Of a stretch of DNA of 64,000 nucleotides, positions 52,151 through 64,000 are shown piece after piece. Origin of the DNA: Octopus vulgaris (taxonomy: Eukaryota); NCBI GenBank assembly GCA_951406725.2, contig OX597826.1:35836001-35900000 (forward strand), given 5' to 3'. Each line of letters opens with the position of its first letter. Within the stretch, counting starts at the first letter, position 1. Below the pieces are notes generated by a model, which was not told the DNA's origin, searched no databases, and saw nothing but the letters and a program-made list of their open reading frames with translations. Position numbers and translations under genes: made by a program.

Positions 52151-54340
52151 ATGCTAGAGTGAAACACTATTCCATCATTCTATATCAATGTTTATTGATG
52201 GTGCAGCAGTATTAAAGGATTCAGGAAAGCTCAAGATTTTGAAATAAAAAAGCATGCCAATTAATGTTTTATAACAAACAGATGAGTTATGTATTTCTGA
52301 TCATCTGTAAAAAGAAACAATTTAAGACAAAGAGGTGCCTTATTTGGACACCTTCAGCTATTGCATAAACCTTTTCTTTTATGATACAATAATTTAACTC
52401 TGTGTTGTTTTGCGGGCAACAACAAACTGCTACCAACCTACTATTTTGTTTAAGAGCATTTTGCTTTGATTGTCAACAGCACCATATTCATTTAACCTAC
52501 TTTTCTTTTATCCAGTGTGTCTTTCTTTGATTAGCAGATGATTAAAAATAATAATTGATCAAACTTGTTATATAAAGCAACAAGCATTAAGTAGAGTTAA
52601 CTGTGAGAAGGAGAGGAATCAAATTTGTTGGGAATAATTTGATAACCAAGATTGCAAATAAACTCAGTTGAAAATTTACATCTATCATAATTCAGTGTTA
52701 TGTTACATTTACAAATAAGTTTCAAGAATTTAAATGTATATTTGTTCTATTCTTCATTAGTTACACCACATAAGATGACGTCATCTAAACAGGCAAGTTT
52801 TTACAAATAAGATTATCGAAAATTTGTTGTAAATATACAACACAGCTTGTTGCACAGAAACTAAGATGTCTGCACCAAAAGCAATATTACGTTTAGCTCA
52901 AAAATGACAAATACGTTTTCATAGCAGCTAAACCTGTTGTTAAAATCAATTGAGGTTTGAAGGTGTCTCTCAACAAATATCTTTATCTTGTGATTCTATA
53001 CTTACTGCCACCTTTTTGATGTTCTGAATACAAGTCTTTGATTGAGCGTTGGCAGTCCAGAGACCATTTCTACCAACTTTGGCTGCTTTGCTTTCACAGT
53101 TGAAGCAAGAATAGCATCTTCATAATTTAACCATTCTTGATGGCTTTTGTTTGTCAGAGAAACAAGGAAGAGCTTTAGCTATGTTGAAATCTGTGATATG
53201 AAACAATTATTGTCTTGCATTGATAATTACCAGGTTTTGTGCTGTGTTTTCTACGATTCCAGAGCCTCTGCCACATCTTCTTTCAGGGTCACTTTTCCAT
53301 TCCCACCGCCATCTTCCATGTGGCCGGCAGACTTAGTAAAAGACTTGATTTTGATCTGACTCAGAACTATTTTGGAGGTTACTTTCAATCAAAGCATTTG
53401 GTGGTCTATAATTACTTCTCAAAGAAAAAAAGCACTACAAGGTATGTAGCCTTCTGCCTACTTATAAGTAGTCCAAGACATTCCAATGCTTCTAGCAGTG
53501 ATATATCCAGGTTACTAGCCATTCTTTCTTCCTTTCTTCTATATATTCATTAGCATTAGAAGACGGTGTCTAGATATCAAAGCTATGATCTGCTATGTGC
53601 ACTACTAACAAATGTTCTGGTATTAATATATTACGCAGTTGAATGTTGGATGGTGGGTGAATAAATGATGTGTGCTGCTGGTAGAGGGGATCCATGAAAG
53701 AGGATCTCAAAGAATGCATTGGGAGAAGTGATTATATGATATCACATGCTGTTAAACCTCAGTCAAGAGATGAGATGAAAGATTGTGACAACAATAGGAA
53801 ATATACTGTGGCCAACCTGTCCAACCCATCCAAACCAGTTATCTCTGTAAAGCCTACTTTAAAATAGCAATGAGGATTGCAATGACAATGGGATTACAAT
53901 GGACATGAGGGATAGAAGTAGTATTTATGCTATTTAAGAATTCTTAACTAAAATTTATCTGTTAGTTTATTCCTTCATATGTCCTTGATTTGCTTGCAAA
54001 ATATGACAGCTATTGTCAACACTTAAAGAAAAGGGACTTTTGGGATAAGAAGTTCTTTCATTGTATATGTATTCTGTATGTTTTCGTATTACAAAATGGC
54101 AATCAGAGGATTCTGGTGGAATGAGGCAAAATATAAGAAATAGGATAATTCTTTATGAAATTCCATTTGAGAAATTTAAGATTAAATTCTTAGTCAATCG
54201 ATAATAACATGAAATATTTCCTATCTTTTTGTTTAAGAATTTTACTTTCAGATATTTTCTAATATTTTGTTCTAATTCTAGGGAAGGTTTAATACTTAAG
54301 TGGTAATTTGCTCTAGGGACCTGTAAATACTTTAATATAT

Positions 54341-54371
<31 letters not shown>

Positions 54372-54954
54372 CTTGTGTATATATGTATGTATGTATATAT
54401 GTATGTATATGTATGTATATGTATATATATATATATGTATATATGTATATATGTATGTATATGTATATATATAATATATATAATATCATATATATATAGA
54501 TAGATAGAGAGAGATTCCTGTACATATGTATATATGCACAAACAAACAACTATGCATTCATATACATGGACAAACATTTGCATATGCATAAATTGGTGTG
54601 TATATATACACACATGCACATTCATATGCACATGCTCACACAGATACATATATCTCCACAGCTACATCATAGCTATAAACACCTAACTAGCGAAATATCC
54701 GATATGCTTGTACAATAATCTGCAAATGTACGTTGCCGGATTCATTTTTGTAAAAGTGAAAGATTTATGATAATTTGGAATATTTGTTTAACCTAATTAA
54801 GAAAAAACATTCTAGAAGAGTGCTTTAGATGTGGTGTTATTTTGTGGGCAAAATCTGTGAAAACGTATTGCAAATATTAATGGCACATTATAGCAGTTTA
54901 GTTGTACGTAATACAACATATTTATGTATGGATGTACATATGTATATATATGCG

Positions 54955-55121
54955 TGCCATTGGTGATTTCTTTTCTATCTTTGGATTTTTTCCTTTCTCC
55001 TTTCCGTCAAAGAGCTATGCTCAAAATGTCAAGCTTTCTCCTTTCACCAAGCGTCAAGCTAATACATTTCTTGTGCACGTCCTTACATTCGTTTTTTTTC
55101 AGATATACATACATACATACG

Positions 55122-55159
<38 letters not shown>

Positions 55160-55390
55160 TATATGATTAATCAAAACAAATAATGAAGAAAATTCACAAG
55201 AAGAAGAAAAATATAACGCGAGGATGTGGTACATGCAAAGTATTAACAGATGCTCAGGGAAGGAAAAAAAGGTAGTTTTATGTTTCAAGCAAAGCTCTTC
55301 TTCAGAAACAGGAGACGGAGGAAAGTCCAATAGAAAAGGAAGATAGAGGAAAAAAAATCACCAGCAATCCACATGTAGTTACATTTTGAA
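54955..55390. mobile_element. Inverted pair of diverged Penelope-like terminal fragments with degenerate minimal hammerheads
   Basis: Plus strand ~55001 tttccgtcaaagagctatgctcaaaatgtc; minus strand ~55278-55310 tttCTGAAGAagagctttgcttGAAACata; (TA)n in between. Confidence 0.5.
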
Positions 55391-55423
55391 AAAATATATA
55401 TTACATATAAATATATATATATA

Positions 55424-55470
<47 letters not shown>

Positions 55471-55656
55471 ATGTGTTATAATATTATTCCACAGCCATAC
55501 CAACAATCCAACTTACCTCCATCATCAGTTGCCCCATGGCATATATATATATGCATGTGTGTATGTATACACACTGTCATCTGGCATATATATATGAGAC
55601 TTAAAGCAAGGTAATCATTGCCTTTACAGAAAGCCAAATGTCATAATACTGAAATC

Positions 55657-56175
55657 CAATAACCCTTCAATTATCACAGTTGTTACTTTCCAATGCCCTC
55701 ATGACCGGTGAAAATCCACGAAATAGAAACAGTACTATACTGTATATATTTTTTATTATTTTTATAATTTGTATATACTTATATTGTTATAAATGCAAAA
55801 CAAGGTCACACACTCACCTCCTTAGTTTCGTTTACCATACAGTATAAGCAATTCTTAGGTTACTCATCTATGGTACACTACATATTTTCTTTAATTAATG
55901 TGTTATATAGTGCATGTATTTTTATTTATTAATTTATTAATTTTTAAGCATGAAAATGCTGATTTTACCACAGAAATAATTAAAATCTAAAAAATATAAA
56001 TACCTATCAGCCACAGAAACCTGCAATATACTAAGGAGTCCATGATATAAATTTACATATATTAGCCAGAAAAATCCGTGATGTACTGAGTGCATGATAG
56101 GCAAACCATGATATGGCAAGGGATTACTATAATGACGGCATGAGAGGTGAACCGCAATATGGCAAATGATTACTG
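55657..56175. mobile_element. Tigger/pogo-like non-autonomous element(s), degenerate
   Basis: Two tandem right ends gtgaaccgcaatatggc...attactg-TA and a matching degenerate left end. Confidence 0.4.
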
Positions 56176-57356
56176 TATATTAAACATTCCTTTAGTCAGC
56201 CTGTTGTAATCATGAAGAATTTTGTAAATAAGATTAGAAGCTGCATTTCTAATATTTAATCTGATGAAGAAACTTTTAATCATGCATTACCTTACGACAA
56301 TAACGGCTTAAAACAGAGTGATTGTACAAGAAGATATATCCCATTGTGTATAACCAAAGACATAAAACGTCACACATATGTAGCATTAGCCCCTACAAAG
56401 GCACAATTTACCCTAGATGGAGTACCCTATGCCAAAAGAACTTTCGTAAATCTCATTTTGTAGTAGTTTTGAATTTGTCATATATTAATATATCACAAAA
56501 TCATAAGAACTGCTTGAATTTCAGATACAGCTCTACTAGACAGTTTTGAAATATAATTTCTGGCTTTAAGAGACTTCAAAACCAAGAACGACCTTCAGTA
56601 AAATAATAAGTCCTGTGCAACTGTACCAGCATTAATTAACATCCACTTAATGACAAATGTTCCAGCAAATAAAAGGTATATGATGTTAATGTGAATTTGA
56701 CAGCGATATAATATTCTTATAAAAGGATCAACGAAGTATACCTTTAAGAAAGGATACACACAACACACTTGCTCTTTTGTGCATTGGAGTAAAGGTTCAC
56801 CACCTCTCTTTCATGGAAGATCAGGAGAATAAAAGATGAAATTATCACAATCTTTAAGATACAAAGGTCAGTGGTCTAATTCGCAAAACCATATTCTGGA
56901 AAATCTGGATCATGCTACTTCTGCACCTGTGAAAAATCCTCTGTATTGATGTCTCTTCTTTACTTGTATTTTAGAACCGAACTTACTTCAGAAGGTCACC
57001 ATCAAAACAAGTACATTCTTTGAAATTTCATTGCATTCCTATAGGCTGAATATACTGCAATATTATAACCAAAATTACTTTGAAATTCTTCAATCGTTTT
57101 TGGAAGTTTATTGAAGTATTATATATATCAAACAGATATTTAGTTTCTCATTCCTGACCCGCATTTTTATATCAAAGACTGAATATTAACTAAATGTTCA
57201 AAGATATTTCACATGAGAACTGCATACTATTGATAAACTGACCTCTCTTTATATCAATATTAGAAAAAGAACTGGAATCTCGTTTTCTTTTTGAATATGT
57301 ACATCATATCACTTTACTTTATTTAAATATGATCAGCTGTTCTCCCTAGACTGGCA

Positions 57357-58346
<990 letters not shown>

Positions 58347-58813
58347 TCTTGTTACCTTTTTCTATTTATACCTATATTTTTTCTCACAGTTTTATTACTC
58401 TATCATTCTCTATTTCTATGTCTTACCTGATATCCAATTACGTTTTGAACATCAAATTCTAAATACTTATATCTTACATTATACATGTCGTTGGGTTAAT
58501 ATGGGTTAATATGATAGAAAGAATCAAGGAAAATTAAAGATGGTGGAAATTTTGCCAATCTTATCTAGCGCCAAGGTGAAAAAAATGGAAATATATTGAT
58601 GTAAACTCTGTTTCTTCATTAATAAAGTAACACAAACAAAAAATATAATTAACTAATAGCTTGGTTGGGGATGTGGCTATTATCAATGAAATGACCACTG
58701 AGTCAGCCTATACTTCACTGAAAAGGTTTAATAAAACTGAAACATGTTTGGAATTAGAAAATTACTATTTGTAAATCTTACAGTGAGAGATATTCTGCAA
58801 CAGTACTTTGAAC

Positions 58814-58971
58814 TAAAGATTATTTGCCAACAACATGGCAGTCCTTGTTCAAAAATATAAGGACACAGACCATGTCGTATAGCCAGCTGGTGATGATGTC
58901 TCCTGAGGCTAAATTACAGCAACATTCGTCCTAAACCAGGACTGCCATGTTATGTTGGCAAATAATCTTTA
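58814..58971. mobile_element. MITE with ~36-bp TIRs
   Basis: taaagattatttgccaacaacatggcagtcct / aggactgccatgttatgttggcaaataatcttta. Confidence 0.7.
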
Positions 58972-59559
58972 CTCCATGTTTGGAATTGTCTGAATGCTAA
59001 ATATCAATCTCACTCTCTACTGTATACTTTTGAATAATTTGGAATTCCAGAACTGTCTCCCTTAACTTTCTTGACAATATTAAATCACCATTACTATAGA
59101 ATAAATTAATTTTAAAATCTTCCATATTATCTCTTTTGCGATTCTGTGGTCACTCCTTTATACATATGCACTTATATCTAGAATAACGGCCGTTATACTA
59201 TCTGGTGCGGGAACTCGGTTTTAAGTTTTGAAACTGTCATATTACTTTCAGTGAGTGTTCCGTTTATGAATAAATTGTTGATGTTGCTTTTACAGATGGA
59301 TACCAGTAATTACTCATGTTTTATGGTTTAAAGAGGATCGTTTAGTATCGTAATTGATTCATCCTGGCATTATATTATGATGTAAGACTCAGAAGCAAAA
59401 CAGAACCAAAACTTTATCAGAGTTAGTTTTAATTCTTCTACTCTGAGGTCTTTCATGGAGAATCCTTCCTCAAATAACCTTCAACGTTTCTTCTTCAGTT
59501 AATAATACTTCAGAAACATGCAGTTTGCCCTGACAGCTGAGGAGGTGTATCACAGATGT

Positions 59560-59706
59560 ACCCACTTGGCACTCAACTGTTATTTATTTTATCAACTCCG
59601 AAAGACAATATCAATCTGAAAACCATTTGAAGACAGAATGTGAAGCTAGAAGAAATGCTGCTAAGCAATTTGTCCAGCATGGTAACAATTCTGCCAGTAT
59701 GCTGCC
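59560..59706 (-). mobile_element. tRNA-derived SINE family A, degenerate
   Basis: gaaatgctgctaagcaatttgtccagcatggtaacaattctgccag. Confidence 0.55.
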
Positions 59707-60266
59707 CTGACAAATAATAATAATGTTTCTCACATTGACTCATAAATGCAAATACATCACTTTATACACAAATGCAGTGTGCTAAGTATCTTTTTTTAAT
59801 ACTTTTTATTATAATTTTCATATTTGTCTTTTTGTCTTGACATCACACAATGTTTATAAATTAAAGTCATTATCATAAGCAATGTCCTTCATCCTTCAAT
59901 ACCAATCTGTCCTGAAAACATGTCAAGTCATAGGGATATATTACCTTGCTTGGAAACAAGTAATCGTTGGCAACAGGAAGGGCAACATGCAATAGAAAAT
60001 CTACGTCAATAAATTCTGTTGGGTCCATAAAAGCATAAAAAGTGCATGCTAAACCAATGACAATATATATCTGTAAATATGTGTGTGCTAATCTATGTTG
60101 GCTCCATTCAATAACTTCTGCAGATGACAAACATGTTCATGCTATTATATTGAAACCAATAGGTAATATAAATCCACCTTAAAAAGTTATTCATAATCTT
60201 TATATCCCTCTCTTTCAATCCATTTCTCTTAATTCTCTCTCTCACACATGTTATTCATACATATAA

Positions 60267-60314
60267 ATGAATTATGTGTATATGTGTGAGTACATGTGTG
60301 TCACTATACACTGC

Positions 60315-60349
<35 letters not shown>

Positions 60350-60399
60350 CATATATATATATATATATATATAGTGACATGTGTGTCACTATACACTGC

Positions 60400-60437
<38 letters not shown>

Positions 60438-60485
60438 GCAGTGTATAGTGACACACATGTACTCACACATATACACATAATTCAT
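60267..60485. repeat. 54-bp inverted repeat around (TA)n with an extra internal partial copy
   Basis: 60267-60320 is the reverse complement of 60432-60485; partial direct copy at ~60378-60405. Confidence 0.85.
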
Positions 60486-61131
60486 GTATATATATATATA
60501 TATATATATGCATGTGCACATAGACAATCTTATATGAATGTAGGTGAGACTTACAATAAGCAAATATATACTCCTATGCATTCTTAGCAAAATATTAATT
60601 TAAAAATATAATTATTGACGAGCGGAAGGGTTTAAGATAAAATTCAAAAACATTAAGTAAAACTTAAAACCAAGAAATCTTGATATAATTTTATGATCTT
60701 GGTTGTATATAGGGAGCAAACGATGCAGAAAACACACACTTTGAAGATACACTTCAAATGTTATCATGACATATAAATATATATACACAACAATATTTAT
60801 ATGCACAAACACATTTTTGTAGGGGCAATCATGCACACGCTTGCACAGTAGCAGATATTAAGAGCTGTACTCTACTTCGATATAACATATTTATCATCAT
60901 CTTTCTTTTACCATTTTATAACCCTTTTCACTGGTGGCTTGAGTTGGACACTTCGATAGGTTTCAAGGGGTCATAAGACAACATCTGTTTGTGTGTGAGT
61001 CTATATGTGCACGTGTGTGTGTGTGTGCGTAATTAAATACATATGTGCAAGTGTGTACATGTATATTCATATTAAATGTATAATATGCATTCAGACATAG
61101 ATAGACAGACAGATGGATAGATAGATAGATT

Positions 61132-61166
<35 letters not shown>

Positions 61167-61419
61167 GGGTACAAAGTGTGCAATTTCTTCATTGACAGGT
61201 TCAGCAAAATGTATTGAAGTTCTGACAAACTCTTGAAGGAGAATCAAGCCATTAACATATAAAAGAGCCTCGAAGACAACCAAATCTGAATATTTGAATT
61301 AAAGCCGTAGCAAATAGAGTGAACAGGATGGGGCTAAAAGCAGAACCGTGCCAAGTGCCTACAAAGAACCTCAATTTCTCTGTAAAGTTGTTTAAAATAC
61401 CATAAGATGTTGCTTCAGT

Positions 61420-61580
61420 GGTGAGCTGAGAGAATTTCTTCTGGCTCCCTATGTTCTGAGTTCAAATCCTGCTGTGGTTCGACTTTGCCTTTCATCTTTT
61501 CAGTATCAATAAAATAAAGTACCTGTGAAGTACAGAAGTTGATGCAATTGGCTTGTCCTCTCTCTTCAAAACTTGTTCGT
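61420..61580 (+). mobile_element. tRNA-derived SINE family A, degenerate
   Basis: atgttctgagttcaaatcc...gactttgcctttcatc. Confidence 0.65.
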
Positions 61581-61729
61581 TTTGAGTCCTGTAATAGATT
61601 GGTGCCCACTTCATTGAGGACTGTTGTGACCTTGGTCACTTCAATGCTATGGAAACAGGGTAACCAGCTTCATCGGTCTTTGGGCTAAAGGTGAAAAAGA
61701 AAAATGCAGATTAAATTGCTCTAACAAGT

Positions 61730-62078
61730 ACACCTGTGCTGGTGCCATTCAAAAATTACCCAGTCCACACACTGTAAAATGGTTGGCTTTAGGGAGAGCA
61801 TCCAGCCACAGGAACCATGCCAAAACGGACAATTGGCACCTGGTGCAGCTCTCCAGCAAGCCTGCCCCTTTCCCCTTTCAAACCATCCAAGCCATACCAG
61901 CATGGAGAACAGACTTAAATGATGATGATGATGATCATCATCATCATCATGATGGTGATGATGATGATGATGATGATGACCATGATGATGATCATGATCA
62001 TGATGATCATGATGATCATGATGATCATGATAATGATGATGATGGTGACGGTGGTGATGATGATAACGATGATGATGA
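61730..62078 (+). mobile_element. SINE family C 3' part with expanded (GAT)n tail
   Basis: ggttggctttagggagagcatccagcc...agcatggagaacagacttaaatgatgat. Confidence 0.7.
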
Positions 62079-62359
62079 AGTCATTTATATACTTAATGAT
62101 TCCACAGGAGCCACTGGATTCCATGAAATATAATCGTTTTGATTAACCAATTTGAGCCAGTTTGTCTCAGCTTTGCTCTAATTTTCAAATAACAAAACAC
62201 TATCTTACCAAACCAAATTCTACGTTTCAACTATCACTGTAGTATAAGTTTGCAATTACTCCGAGAATTGGTCAGTGATGTGGGGTGGGGGTAGTAGGAG
62301 CTTGAAATTGTCATGCCCTGGTTCATCTCAAAGACATTTATAACAGTCAACAATAGTGA

Positions 62360-64000
<1,641 letters not shown>

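Noticed and set aside
52950-53530. Coding-like minus-strand sequence (HMEDGGGNGKVTLKEDVAEALE)
   Set aside because: Interrupted by stops and no family motif recognised; needs BLASTx.
56261-56275. CTGATGAAG hammerhead-like word
   Set aside because: No helix II or properly placed GAAA/NUH pairing found.

Overview
AT-rich, microsatellite-saturated eukaryotic DNA, most likely intronic or intergenic sequence from an Octopus species. That assignment is inferred from the SINE families and (TA)n/(TAA)n/(CAT)n density. I can find no credible host exon; nearly all ORFs in the supplied track are translated microsatellites. The window holds many tRNA-derived SINE copies, fragments of CR1, RTE and R4/Dong-type LINEs, a dead DD34D mariner, a fold-back mariner derivative, a Tc1-like element with DD36E spacing, two Helitron remnants and several MITEs. 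The most interesting signal is a set of Penelope-like (PLE) non-autonomous elements carrying hammerhead ribozyme (HHR) motifs. (1) A ~2.75 kb element (13.49-16.23 kb) has direct terminal repeats, an inverted 5' copy, a candidate 5' intron and a frameshifted gag/ORF1-like CCHC ORF but no RT; its 3' end carries a non-circularly permuted hammerhead, with the same fold recurring at 19.35 kb with compensatory changes. (2) Elements with a tRNA-like head and an HHR-bearing tail occur at 5.6 and 28.1 kb. (3) An apparently intact type I HHR sits in a near-perfect 108-bp inverted repeat at 12.2 kb. All folds and coordinates were read by eye, and activity is untested.
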